Shown: positions 27,144-37,513 of the stretch, piece by piece | How the letters are laid out: each line of letters opens with the position of its first letter | How positions within the stretch are numbered: position 1 is the first letter of the stretch | Assembly (NCBI GenBank): GCA_963766715.1 | Contig: CAVYBH010000008.1 | Span: forward strand, 320,001 to 384,000 | DNA length: 64,000 nt | Direction: 5' to 3' | Source: an uncultured delta proteobacterium | GTDB taxonomy: Bacteria; Myxococcota; Myxococcia; Myxococcales; Anaeromyxobacteraceae | The notes under the pieces: model-generated | The model's input: only the letters and a program-made list of their open reading frames with translations | Database searches by the model: none | Told to the model about the DNA's origin: nothing | Position numbers and translations under genes: made by a program

Positions 27144-28525
27144 GGAGCCCCCTCGGGCGCGGGCTCGGCGGTCGCCGCCGGCACGGTGGGCTGGTAGCGC
27201 CGGGCGACCCAGGAGAAGGCCATCGCGCCCAGCACCATGAGCACGGCGAAGAACCCGAAGTACCAGACGCCGTGGAAGCGGTTCAGCTTGGCCACGCCGG
27301 CGGTGAGCAGGCTGCCGGCGGCGATGGTGACGTACCACAGGCTCATGATCACGCTCTTCATCGAGGCGGGAGCCTGGGTGTAGGCGAACTCGAGCGCCGT
27401 CACCGAGACCAGCACCTCGCCGATGGAGAGGAAGAGGTAGGCCGGGACCTGCCAGGCCACGTGCGGGCGGAGCCCGGCGTCGAGCGCCAGCTGCACCCCC
27501 ATCACCCAGAGGAAGCTGAAGACGGTGACGAACATCCCCACCTGCATCTTGCGGAGCGCCCTCACCTTCTTCCCGCGCCGCTGGAGCAGGGGGTAGACCA
27601 CACCGGCGAAGACGGGAATGGTGGTGAGCACGAAGATGGCGTTCAGCGAGCCCATCTGCGAGGCCTTCACCGTGTACCCGAGGATGTCGCGGTTCATCCG
27701 CTCGGCCTGCAGCACCCACGACGACCCGTACTGGAAGAAGAGGGCCCAGAAGGCGGCGATGGGCGCGAAGACCCCCAGGATGCGGAAGACCGCCTTGGCC
27801 CCGTCGATCGCCTCGGCCGGGAACCGCTGCCGGGCCACGTCGAGCCAGTGCTCGCCGGGGCGGCCGGTCCCCAGGCGCTCGGCGGCGAACCGGACCACGC
27901 GGAAGAAGCCGTTCGGGTTGGGGCCGGTGGGGGGGACGTTCACGTAGAGCCGCCGGCCGCGCCAGAAGACGAGGAGCGCCAGCGCCATGAGCACGCCCGG
28001 CACCGAGAAGGCCACCCAGGGACCGAAGCGCGCCAGGAGCTCGGGGATGACGAGCATGGACGTGAAGGAGCCGAGGTTGATCATCCAGTAGTAGAGGTCG
28101 TAGACCTTCTCGAGCAGGTGCTGGCTCCTGGCGTCGAACTGGTCGCCCACGTACGCCGCCGCGGTGGGCTTGATGCCGCCCGCGCCGATGGCGATGAGCG
28201 CGAGCCCCACCACCAGCCCGGTCGGGCTGTCCCAGATGGCGATGGCGGCGTGCCCGAACACGTACCCGAGCGAGAGCCAGAGGATGACCCGGTAGCGGCC
28301 GAAGAACCGGTCGGCGAGCCAGGCGCCCACGAGCGGCGTCAGGTACACCGCGAAGACGAAGAGGTGGTAGTTGGCCTCGGCGTCGCTCTCCCGGACTCCG
28401 AGGAAGGTCACCATGTAGATGGTGAGGATGGAGGTCATCCCGTAGAACGAGAAGCGCTCGCACCCCTCGTTCCAGGCCAGGTACTTGATCTGCGAGGGGA
28501 AGCGGTCCTGTGGCTGGCGGCTCAT
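27140..28525 (-). CDS. POT/PTR proton-dependent oligopeptide transporter (copy 1)
   Basis: EGCERFSFYGM, GAGGIKP, YYWMINLG, LEFAYTQAP. Confidence 0.9.
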   Translation of the reverse strand: MSRQPQDRFPSQIKYLAWNEGCERFSFYGMTSILTIYMVTFLGVRESDAEANYHLFVFAVYLTPLVGAWLADRFFGRYRVILWLSLGYVFGHAAIAIWDSPTGLVVGLALIAIGAGGIKPTAAAYVGDQFDARSQHLLEKVYDLYYWMINLGSFTSMLVIPELLARFGPWVAFSVPGVLMALALLVFWRGRRLYVNVPPTGPNPNGFFRVVRFAAERLGTGRPGEHWLDVARQRFPAEAIDGAKAVFRILGVFAPIAAFWALFFQYGSSWVLQAERMNRDILGYTVKASQMGSLNAIFVLTTIPVFAGVVYPLLQRRGKKVRALRKMQVGMFVTVFSFLWVMGVQLALDAGLRPHVAWQVPAYLFLSIGEVLVSVTALEFAYTQAPASMKSVIMSLWYVTIAAGSLLTAGVAKLNRFHGVWYFGFFAVLMVLGAMAFSWVARRYQPTVPAATAEPAPEGAP

Positions 28526-28609
28526 GGAGGGGGTCAGTCTAGCCCGGATGCGGTTCGCCTCGCAGATTCGCGGGATGGCGCCGGACCTGGCGGTTATGGG
28601 GTGCCGCGC

Positions 28610-28934
28610 ATGCCGGTGCTTCGAATCTCGCCCGAGGAGGCGGTCCACCTCCTGGCGCACGACGACGTGGATCTGGTGGACGTCCGGGAACCGCACGAGT
28701 GGGCCGAGGGGCACATCCCGGGCGCCCGGCACCTGCCGCTCGGCCTCCTGCTCCGCGACCCGGAGCGCGGGCTGCGCAAGGGGCGGGAGCGCGCCATCTT
28801 CGTGTGCGCCCACGGGATCCGCAGCCTGACGGCGGCCGCTGCCGCGTCGCAGCGCGGCTGCGAGAAGGCCTTCAGCCTCGAGGGCGGCGTGGTCGGCCTG
28901 GGCCGACGCGGGGCTGCCCATCGAGGTGGGATAG
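28610..28934 (+). CDS. Single-domain rhodanese-like protein, frame break near 28895
   Basis: DVREPHEW..GHIPGA, active loop CAHGIRS, LEGG..(W). Confidence 0.82.
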
Positions 28935-28946
28935 CTTCCCACCGCG

Positions 28947-29315
28947 TCACCCGCGGATCGCGCCCCAGGCCAGCGCCAGCCATCCGGCCAGGAACAGGAG
29001 GCCGCCGATGGGCGTGATCGCGCCGAGCCCCTTCACGCCGGTGAGCACGAGCGCGTAGAGGCTGCCGGAGAAGAGGACGGTCCCGGCGACGAAGAGCCAG
29101 CCGGCCCAGGTGATCGCCGCGCCCGGCCAGCGGCTGGCCGCCCAGGCCGCCGCGACGAGCGCGAGCGCGTGGTACATCTGGTAGCGCGCGCCGGTGTCGA
29201 AGACCGCGACCATCTCCGGCGTCACCCGCGCCTTCAGGCCGTGCGCGCCGAAGGCCCCCGTTCCCACCGCGATGCAGGCCGAGATCGCGCCCAGGGCGAA
29301 AAAGGTTCTTTCCAT
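28947..29315 (-). CDS. DUF423 family inner-membrane protein
   Basis: GAFGAHGL, YQMYHAL, LFSGSLY, GAITPIGG. Confidence 0.9.
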   Translation of the reverse strand: MERTFFALGAISACIAVGTGAFGAHGLKARVTPEMVAVFDTGARYQMYHALALVAAAWAASRWPGAAITWAGWLFVAGTVLFSGSLYALVLTGVKGLGAITPIGGLLFLAGWLALAWGAIRG

Positions 29316-29374
29316 GGTGGCGGAGCATACCCGCGCCGGCGGCGCGGCGCTCCCCGTTCGATTAGGCACGGGCC

Positions 29375-29711
29375 ATGGACCTCACCCGGAAGAAGTGCGT
29401 CCCCTGCGAGGGAGGAATCCCTCGCGTGGAGGGCGCGACCCTCGATGCGCTGCTCGCCTCGGTCTCGGGCTGGCACCTCGCCGACGACCGGATCCGCAAG
29501 CACTTCCGCTTCCCCGACTTCCGCGCCGCCATGGCCTTCGTCGACGCCATGGCCGACGTCGCCGAGGCGGAGGGGCACCACCCCGACTTCTGCGTCCACT
29601 ACTCCGCGGTGAACGTCGAGATCTGGACCCACGCCGCCGGGCGGGCTCACCGAGAACGACTTCATCCTGGCCGCCAAGATCGACCGGATTCCCGGGGCGC
29701 TGCCGGGCTGA
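29375..29711 (+). CDS. Pterin-4-alpha-carbinolamine dehydratase, frame break near 29640
   Basis: CVPCEGG, AEAEGHHPD, IWTH, then GLTENDFILAAKID in the +1 frame. Confidence 0.85.
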
Positions 29712-29764
29712 TCGGCCCCGGGGACCGATGCGACGGGGTCCTCCGCGGATTACATTCCCCTCCC

Positions 29765-30964
29765 GTGCCGCGCGCCCTCTCGTTCCTCCTCTTCTTCGCC
29801 GTCTTCGTCGCCCTGGTGGGCGGCATGCACTTCTACATCTGGACGCGGCTCGTCCGGGACACCGACCTCGGCGAGCCCTGGCGGCGCCTCTTCACGGTGG
29901 GCATCGTCGCCGCGGCGGTGGCGATCCCCGTCTCCTTCCTCGTCATGCGCGCCCGCGCGGGCGCGCTGGCCGACGGGTTCGTCTTCGCGGCCATGACGTG
30001 GATGGGCGTCGCCTTCCTCCTCCTGTCGTCGCTCGTGCGTCGTCGACCTGATGCGGCTCGCCGTGTCCGGCGCCGCATCGCTCGCCGACTGGTTCCGGCA
30101 CGCGCCCGAGGCGCCGGCCGATCCCGAGAGACGCCTGCTCGTGGCCCGGGCCGTGGCCGGCGGGGCCGTGCTCGCCGCCGGGGGCGCCACCGGGTTCGCG
30201 ATCCACACCGCGCTCGACGATCCGGAGATCCACGAGGTCCAGGTGAAGCTGGCGCGCCTGCCCCGCCAGCTCTCCGGCATCTCCATCGCCCAGATCTCCG
30301 ACCTGCACATCGGGAGCACCATCGGCGAGGCCGAGGTCCGGCGCGTGGTCGCGGCGACCAACGCCCTGCGCCCGGACGTCATCGCCCTCACCGGGGACTT
30401 CGTGGACGGCAGCGTCCGCACGCTGGAGCGGGCGGCGGCGCCGCTGGCCGCGCTCCAGGCCCGCTACGGCGTCTACTTCGTCACCGGCAACCACGAGTAC
30501 TACTCGGGCGCGGCGGCCTGGGTGGAGCACCTGCCGCAGGCTCGGCATCCGCGTCCTCCGCAACGAGCGGGTGGCGATCGGCGACCGCGGCGCGTCCATC
30601 GACCTGGCCGGGATCGACGACTGGCGCTCGGCGGGGATGGCCCCGGGTCACGGTCCCGACCTGGCGGCGGCGCTCTCCGGCCGCGACCCCGATCGCTCGC
30701 TCGTGCTGCTCGCCCACCAGCCCCGCGGCGTCGAGGAGGGGGCCCAGCGCCGGCGTGGAGCTCCAGCTCTCGGGCCACACCCACGGCGGCCAGATCTTCC
30801 CGTTCACGCTCGCCACCGCGCTCGTCTACCCCTACCTCCACGGCCTCTATCCGGTGCGGGAGGGAAACGGCTCGCAGATCTTCGTCTCGCGCGGCACCGG
30901 CTACTGGGGGCCGCCCATGCGGCTCGGCAGCCCGCCGGAGATCGCCCACGTCGTCCTGACCTGA
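29765..30964 (+). CDS. Membrane-anchored metallophosphoesterase (YkuE/YaeI-like), several frame breaks
   Basis: N-terminal TM helices; SDLH, TGDFVDG, GNHEY, AHQP, SGHTHGGQ, RGTGYWGPPMRLG. Confidence 0.85.
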   Translation: MPRALSFLLFFAVFVALVGGMHFYIWTRLVRDTDLGEPWRRLFTVGIVAAAVAIPVSFLVMRARAGALADGFVFAAMTWMGVAFLLLSSLVRRRPDAARRVRRRIARRLVPARARGAGRSRETPARGPGRGRRGRARRRGRHRVRDPHRARRSGDPRGPGEAGAPAPPALRHLHRPDLRPAHREHHRRGRGPARGRGDQRPAPGRHRPHRGLRGRQRPHAGAGGGAAGRAPGPLRRLLRHRQPRVLLGRGGLGGAPAAGSASASSATSGWRSATAARPSTWPGSTTGARRGWPRVTVPTWRRRSPAATPIARSCCSPTSPAASRRGPSAGVELQLSGHTHGGQIFPFTLATALVYPYLHGLYPVREGNGSQIFVSRGTGYWGPPMRLGSPPEIAHVVLT

Positions 30965-30994
30965 TCGCCCCGGGCGATCGGCATCGGAGTCCCC

Positions 30995-31519
30995 ATGGCA
31001 GGTCCCCTGAACGTCGTCGGCCGCGCCCACCAGGCCGGCCCCTCGGCCCCCTTCACCTGGTTCGTCTACGGCTCGTCGCTCGACGGGGAGGCCTTCGCGG
31101 CCTGGGCCCGCGACCACGGCTACCGCGCGCCCGACTTCTCCGCGGGGCGCCCGGCCCGGCTGCGCGGCTGGCGGCTCGCCTTCGACGCCCCCAGCAAGAT
31201 GTGGGGAGGCCCGGTGGCCAGCCTCGTCGAGTCGGCCGGCGACGAGGTGGAGGGCATCGCGCTCCCCATGCCCGGCGACGCGCGCGGGCTCGTCGACCAC
31301 AAGGAGGGGGCGGTCTCCGGCCTGTACGAGCCCGTCCCGGTGACGCTCGAGACCCCCGCCGGCCCGGTGCAGGCCCTCGCCTACCGGGTCTCGCCGGCGC
31401 GCCGGCTGCCCACCGATGGTCCCCCGGCCCCGGCCTACCTCGACGTGCTCCTGCGGGGCGCGCGGGCCGTCGGGCTCTCCCCGGCCTGGATCGAGCGGCT
31501 CGAGTCCCTGCGGCGCTGA
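30995..31519 (+). CDS. Gamma-glutamylcyclotransferase-family protein
   Basis: FVYGSSL, LRGWRLAF, DHKEG, PAYLDVLLRGA. Confidence 0.78.
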   Translation: MAGPLNVVGRAHQAGPSAPFTWFVYGSSLDGEAFAAWARDHGYRAPDFSAGRPARLRGWRLAFDAPSKMWGGPVASLVESAGDEVEGIALPMPGDARGLVDHKEGAVSGLYEPVPVTLETPAGPVQALAYRVSPARRLPTDGPPAPAYLDVLLRGARAVGLSPAWIERLESLRR

Positions 31520-31530
31520 GGCGGGCCGGC

Positions 31531-32356
31531 TCAGTCGACGAGCGCGGCCACGATCTCCGGAAGCCGCTCGGTCGCCGACCCGCGCGCGAAGTACCCGCGC
31601 GGGCTCCGCTCGGCCAGCTCGGAGAACGGGTTCTCCTCGGGGTTCACGTCGACGAGGGCCGCGCCCCCGGTGAAGCAGAGCTGCCCCACGCGCATGGGGA
31701 GGTTGGTGGCCCCGCTCGTGCCCACCACGATCAGGAGGTCGGCGTCCCGCGCGGCGCGGAGCGTGGAGTCGAAGCGGTAGTTCTCCTCGTCGTAGCACTC
31801 GTCGAACCAGAGGACGTGCGGGCGCAGCCAGCCCTTGCACCTCGGGCAGGTGAGCCGGGCCCGCTCCTCGGGGGAGAGCGGCGCCCGCGGATCGCGCACC
31901 ACCAGGTCGGGCAGCGGCAGCCGCCCCACCCCGCAGTCGTACGCACAGCGGACCCAGGCCGCGTCGCCGTGGATGCAGTAGGTCCGCTCCTCGGAGGCGC
32001 CGGCCCGCCGGTGGAGGCCGTCGATGTTCTGCGTGACGAGCGTGAAGCGGTCGCCCAGGGCGCGCTCGAGCCGCACCAGGGCCTCGTGCCCCGCGTTGGG
32101 CGCGGCCTGGCCGACCTGGCCGAAGCGGTGGAGGTACCAGCGCCACACCTGCTCGGGCTCCATGGTGAACATGGCGTGGGTGGCCATCTCCTGCGGCATG
32201 TAGTTCCGGGAGCCCACCACCCAGTAGCCTTCCTTGCCGCGGAAGGTGGGGATGCCGCTCTCGGCGGAGATGCCGGCGCCGGTGAGGGCCACCACCCGCC
32301 CCGCGCGACCGGCGGACGTCGGCCAGGATTCCCGAGAGCTTCGGGTCGATCGCCAT
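31531..32356 (-). CDS. cobB: Sir2/CobB-type NAD-dependent protein deacylase, frame break near 32310
   Basis: LTGAGISAESGIPTFRG, TQNIDGLH, HG, Zn CxxxC...CxxC, RPHVLWFDE, GTSG. Confidence 0.88.
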
Positions 32357-32401
32357 CGGCCCATTGTGGCACGTGGGCGGCCGCGCGGTTAACCCTCCTC
32401 C

Positions 32402-32785
32402 GTGTCCACCGCCGTGACCCAGGGGATCGAGGTCTCCGTCCGGAGCGAGTTCCGCGCCGATCGCTCGGCGCCCGCCCAGGAGCGCTTCCTCTACACGTAC
32501 ACGGTGCGCATCTCGAACGGCGGCAGCGGGAGCGCCAGGCTCCTCGGGCGGCACTGGATCATCACCGACGCCCGCGGCGACCGGGAGGAGGTGACCGGCG
32601 AGGGGGTCATCGGCCAGCAGCCCCGGATCGAGCCCGGCCACTCCTTCCAGTACACGAGCTTCTGCGTGCTGAAGACGCCGCTCGGCCAGATGCGCGGGAC
32701 CTACACGATGGAGCGCGAGGACGGCACCACCTTCGACGCCGAGATCGCCCCCTTCGCGCTGGCGGTCCCGGCGGCGCTGAACTAG
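32402..32785 (+). CDS. apaG: ApaG protein
   Basis: YTVRISN, RHWIITD, GEGVIGQQP, FQYTS, GQMRGTY. Confidence 0.93.
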   Translation: MSTAVTQGIEVSVRSEFRADRSAPAQERFLYTYTVRISNGGSGSARLLGRHWIITDARGDREEVTGEGVIGQQPRIEPGHSFQYTSFCVLKTPLGQMRGTYTMEREDGTTFDAEIAPFALAVPAALN

Positions 32786-33829
32786 CCGCGGCTCCGCGTC
32801 GGCCCCACGCCCTCGGTCCGCACGAACTCGGCCACCAGCTCGTCCTCGGTGACGAGCCCCTTGCGCAGCAGGAGCCGGGCCATCGCCGAGGCGAGCCGCG
32901 AGAGCCGGACCACCTCCGGCGGGCAGCTCTCGTGGAGGGCCACCCGGTCGAGGCCGTCGAAGATGGCCTCGACGCGCGGGCCGAACTCGCCCTCTCCCTC
33001 CGGGACGATCTCGACGATCAGCTCCGGCTGCGGCGGCGCGGGCGGCCGGGCCGCCGCGATCCTCGGGCTCCTGGCGGAAGCGGCGCACGGCCTCGGCGAG
33101 GCGGGCCTCCGGGCCGGAGGGGGGAACGGGCCGGAACGGGAGCGGCGGCGGCGCGGCGGCCGAGGCCGGAGGCGTCGGGGTCGGGGACGCAGCCGGCGGC
33201 GAGCCTGGCGGGCGGCGGACCGGCGCCAGGCGCGCCACCGGCACGGGCTCCCCGCCCGGGGGCGCGGCCTTCTGGAAGTACGCGTCGAGCCCCTGCGTGT
33301 AGCCGGAGTCGAGGGGGCCGAGCATCTCGACCGGCCCGTCGTCCTCGCGCTCGTCGAGGGCGATGGCCTCCACGCCCTGCTTCTCGGCGAGGTAGAGCCG
33401 GCGGATGGCGCGGGCGATCTCGCGGTCGCCGGCGATGGACATCTTCACCCGCCGCCCGGTGCGGAAGGCCAGCTCGTCGATGACGCCCATGTTGGTGGGG
33501 TCGGCCATGGCGACGAGGAGGTTGTTCGCGTCGGCGGAGTACGGGAGCAGCTGGTTTCGCTCGGCGAACTCGTGGGGCACGAGGCGAAGCGCCAGCTCGA
33601 GCCCCGGGCCGTACTCGACGAGGTCGAGCGCCACCCGGTCGAAGCCCAGCTTGCTGGCGAGCGCGGAGACCACCTGCTCCTCGGTCGCCATCTTCAGATC
33701 GATGAGGGCCTGGCCGACGCGCCCGCCCCACCGCCGCTGGTGACCCAGGGCGGCCTGGAGCATCGTCGCGTCGATGACTCCGGCCTCGAGGAGGAGCTCC
33801 CCGAGTCGCTTGCGAGGGGGTTGGGCCAC
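32782..33829 (-). CDS. MshEN / GspE N-terminal domain protein without ATPase, frame break near 33060
   Basis: RLGELLLEAGVI...LQAALGHQ, VAMADPTN, Pro-rich linker, C-terminal LLLRKGLVTEDEL; stop TAG at 32782-32784. Confidence 0.8.
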
Positions 33830-33875
33830 GGCCGGGACTGTAACCGGCCCGCCCGCCCGGGTCGAGGTCGGGCCC

Positions 33876-34322
33876 CTACGGGGCGTCGGCGCGGGTGGCG
33901 ATGGCGAGTCGCGGGAGCCCCTCGCGGCGCGCCATGTCCATCACCGCGACCACCTTGCCGTGGGCCACGCCCTCGTCGGCCTGCACGAGCACCAGCGTCT
34001 CCGGGTTCTCGGCGTGGGCCTTCTCGAGGATCTGCTTCAGGGTGCCCTCGTCGACCACCTTGCCCTGCACCACCACACGCCCGTCGGAGAGCACCGCGAT
34101 GGCGAGGTCGTGGACCTCCTTCACGGCGTTGGCCTGGCCGCCCTTGGGCAGGCTGACCTTGATCCCGCCGTTCTGCCCGCCGGCCTCGGCGATGGCCGTG
34201 GTCGTCACCATGAAGATGATGAGGAGGACGAGGAAGATGTCGGTGAGGGGCGTGATGTTGATGTCGGCGAAGATGCCGGCACCGGAGCCCGTCCCGTCGT
34301 CCTCGGGGGCGTTCATGGACAT
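33876..34322 (-). CDS. exbD: ExbD/TolR-family protein
   Basis: DINITPLTDIFLVLLIIFMVT, QADEGVAHGKVVAVMD. Confidence 0.9.
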   Translation of the reverse strand: MSMNAPEDDGTGSGAGIFADINITPLTDIFLVLLIIFMVTTTAIAEAGGQNGGIKVSLPKGGQANAVKEVHDLAIAVLSDGRVVVQGKVVDEGTLKQILEKAHAENPETLVLVQADEGVAHGKVVAVMDMARREGLPRLAIATRADAP

Positions 34323-34323
34323 G

Positions 34324-34987
34324 TCAGGGAACCTCCGCGGTCCCGGTCTCGCCGGAGCGGACCTCCTTCACGATCTCCAGGAACTCCTCGGTGAGGAGCT
34401 TCAGCTGGAGCTGGAGGCGTCCGGCGAGGACGTTGAGCATGTTGTAGAGAATCACGGCCTCGATCGCCACCGCGATGCCGCCGGCGGTGGTGATGAGGGC
34501 CTCGGAGATCCCGGCCGCCACGACGCTGAAGCCGCCCTGGCCGGTGATCCCCATCTGGTGGAAGGCGCGCATGATGCCCACCACGGTGCCGAAGAGGCCC
34601 ACGAACGGGGCGGTGGCGCCGATGGTGCCGAGGATCCAGAGCCAGGAGCGGAGCTTCTGGTTCGCCTCCTGCCGCTGCCGCTCCACCGCCGCCTCGATCC
34701 GGGCGTCGGTGACCGGGCGCTTGCCCGGGGGCGGTGGGAACGAGGGCGGCCAGGAACACCTCGGCGGCCGGCGAGCTGGAGCGCTCGGCCTGGGCGCGCG
34801 CGTCCTCGACGTCGCCGCGCAGGATGGAGCGGGTCACGGCGTCGGCCAGGCTCTTCGCCTTGTCGGAGAAGCGCCAGAGGGCCAGCGCGCGCTCGACCGC
34901 CACGGCCACGGCGAGGACCGAGAAGAACGCGATGATCCACATCGCGACGCCACCGGTCTTCAGAACCGTGAGGAGTTCCATGTTCAC
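34324..34987 (-). CDS. exbB: MotA/TolQ/ExbB proton channel protein, frame break near 34700-34730
   Basis: LGTIGATAPFVGLFGTVVGIM, GISEALITTAGGI. Confidence 0.88.
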
Positions 34988-35089
34988 GTCGATGCGCCTT
35001 TCCGGGGTGCGGGGAGGGGCAAAGCTAGCCGATCCCGGCGGGGATTCAAGCCGAACCGCCCCCGGGGGACGACACGGCCCGGATCCGGC

Positions 35090-35914
35090 TCAGGGCCTGG
35101 AGGGGGTTGTGGGATGGATCGGCAGCTCGATGGGCGGTGGGCGCGACCCGGGCGCCAGGTCCACCACCCTCGCGCCGCGGGGCGTCTCGAGCTGGAAGAG
35201 CGCCGCCTCGGGCGGCCGGTTCACCTCGAGGTCGTCCTTCCAGCGGAGGGAGACCTCGGCTCCGCCTCCGCGCAGCTCGACGTCCCGGGGAACCCGCTGC
35301 CCCGCCACGTGGCGGTAGACGGAGAAGGCGACGCTCCAGGCGGCGCCCGGGCCGGCGCGCGGCAGGAAGCTCGCCCGCGCCGCGGCGCCCCCTTCCCCGA
35401 CGGCGAGGATCTCCCGCCCGGCCGGGCCCGCCACCTCCAGGAGGAGGACGCCGTCGCCGGGCTCCGCCAGCACGGGGCTCCCCTCGATGAGGGGCGCGCT
35501 CCCGCAGATCACCGCGGCGAGGTCGCGCGCGCCGATGGGCACGGGGACGAGGCGCGCCAGGTTCTCGGGCGTGTCCTCTCCCCGGTACAGGGCCCCCGCC
35601 CGCGCGTCGTAGAGGGCGAAGCGCCCCCCGCCGGCCACCAGCACCGCGGCGGGATTGCCGAAGAAGTCGAAGAGCTCCACCCGGACCCGCCCCCCCTTCT
35701 CGGCCGCCATCCAGGCGTCGAGCGAGCCCGACAGGTCGGGCGACGAGACGGCGAGGCGCGCCGAGCCCCGGCAGGTGGTCACCCCGTCCTGCGCGGCGCG
35801 GACCTGCGCGAGGAGCTCGGCCGGGTTCCGGGACAGGTCGGGCGGCGGCACCCGTGCGCAGCCGGCGCCGAGGACGAGCGTCACCGCGGCCGCGGCCGCC
35901 GTCCTCCGCGTCAC
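35090..35914 (-). CDS. Predicted lipoprotein (LolB/DUF4292-like fold suspected)
   Basis: GTG start overlapping the upstream stop; signal peptide with lipobox LGAG-C; RVELFDFFGNP. Confidence 0.65.
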   Translation of the reverse strand: MTRRTAAAAAVTLVLGAGCARVPPPDLSRNPAELLAQVRAAQDGVTTCRGSARLAVSSPDLSGSLDAWMAAEKGGRVRVELFDFFGNPAAVLVAGGGRFALYDARAGALYRGEDTPENLARLVPVPIGARDLAAVICGSAPLIEGSPVLAEPGDGVLLLEVAGPAGREILAVGEGGAAARASFLPRAGPGAAWSVAFSVYRHVAGQRVPRDVELRGGGAEVSLRWKDDLEVNRPPEAALFQLETPRGARVVDLAPGSRPPPIELPIHPTTPSRP

Positions 35915-37087
35915 GCCTTCTCCAGCGCCTGCAGGAGGTCGGCCGCGACGTCCTCCGCGTCCTCGAGCCCCACCGAGACGCGCAGCGTGCCCCGGCCGAT
36001 CCCCTGCGCGGCCAGCTCGGCGTCGGTGGCGTGGCGGTGGGAGGAGATGACCGGGATGGAGGCCAGGCTCTCGACCCCGCCCAGCGAGCTGGCCCGCGCC
36101 ACCAGCCGCATCGCGTCGTGCACGCGGGCCACCGCCTCGTAGCCTCCACGGACGGTGAAGGAGAGCACGCCGCCGCCGCCGCGCAGGAGCCGCCGCGCCA
36201 GCGCGTGGTCGGGGTGGCTCTCGAGGAACGGGTACATGACCCGCTCGACCTTGGGGTGCCCCTCCAGCACGCGGGCCACGTGGAGCGCCGTCTCGTTCTG
36301 GCGCAGCACGCGGACCTCGAGCGTCTTCATCCCGCGGAGGAGATCGTAGGCCGCGCCGGCGTCGAGGTTGCCGCCGGTGGACCGGCGCATGGCGAGGACG
36401 CCGTCGAGGAGCGCCTTCGAGCCCGCCACCGCGCCGCCCAGGTGGTCGGAGTGGCCGTTCAGGAACTTGGTCGCGCTGTGGACCACCAGGTCCACGCCGA
36501 GCGGGCAGGGCCCGGAGGTTCACCGGGGACGCGAAGGTGGCGTCGAAGATCGATCGGATGCCGCGGCGGCGGCAGGCGGCCGCGACGGCGGGGACGTCCA
36601 CCACCCGCAGGGTGGGATTGGTGGGGGTCTCGAAGACCAGCGCGCGGGCGCGGGCGGGCGCCGCGTCGACGGCGGCGACCAGGCCGTCGAGCGGCACGGT
36701 GCGGATCCCCACCCCGAAGCGCTCGAGCACGTCCCGGGCCAGCCGCGTGGTCTGGCCGTAGATCGTGTCGCAGAGGAGCAGCTCGTCCCCGGCCCGCAGC
36801 GAGGCCAGCAGCGCCGCCGTCAGGGCCGCCATCCCGCTCGCGAAGCAGGCGGCCGCCTCCGCCCCCTCGAGCGCGGCGATCTTGCGCTCGGCCGCGACGA
36901 CGGTGGGGTTCTCCAGCCGGGCGTACAGCCAGCGCCCCTCCGGCGCCTCGAGGTAGGCGGCGGCCGCGGCCGCGTCGGGGAACCGGTAGGTGGTGGCCAG
37001 GTAGACGGGCGTGGTGGTCGAGGGGACGGCGAGGGTCTCGCCCTCGCCGGCGTGGACCGCCAGCGTGCCCAGCTTCGGGTCGTTCAT
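35911..37087 (-). CDS. Cys/Met metabolism PLP enzyme (cystathionine gamma-synthase/lyase family), frame break near 36505
   Basis: YARLENPT, FASGMAA, FETPTNP, DATFASP, HSATKFLNGHSD, SLGGVESL, RVSVGLED. Confidence 0.88.
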
Positions 37088-37103
37088 GGCGATAGCTTAT
37101 CCG

Positions 37104-37492
37104 TCAGGCGAGCAGGCCGCCCACGACCGCGCCGGCGAGCAGCGGCACCACGTTCGCGACGATGAGCACGCCGGCCCCGAACCCGGCGATGACGCCGAGC
37201 ACCGGCATGCCGGTCAGCGCCGTGGCGAGCAGGAACATGACGCCGGCCACGACCAGCCGCGGGCAGGAGGACGGCCACGAGCGCGGTGCCGACGCTTCCG
37301 GCCTTTCGCCCGCCCACCAGCCCGGCGATGAACATGCCGAGCAGCGGCAGCCAGAAGAGCAGGAGCGAGAGCACGAACATCCACGCCATGGCGCGCCCCA
37401 GGCCGCCCTTCTTCCCCGTCGCCTTCTCGCCGGCGGGCGGTGCGCCCTGGCGCGCCCGCCTGCCCCACCGATCCTCGGATCTCCTCGGCCAT
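37104..37492 (-). CDS. Small hypothetical membrane protein, frame breaks
   Basis: ATG with GGAGG RBS; hydrophobic segments MFVLSLLLFWLPLLGMFIAGLVGG and GMPVLGVIAGFGAG. Confidence 0.6.
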
Positions 37493-37513
37493 GTGTCCTC
37501 CCGTCGTCGTCCG

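Noticed and set aside
29375..30964. Apparent pterin dehydratase-metallophosphoesterase fusion
   Set aside because: The dehydratase C-terminus and stop lie in another frame (TGA 29709-29711), and the second gene has its own -10 and GTG.
35090..37087. Apparent PLP enzyme-lipoprotein fusion
   Set aside because: Frame break near 36505; the PLP enzyme ends at 35911 in another frame.
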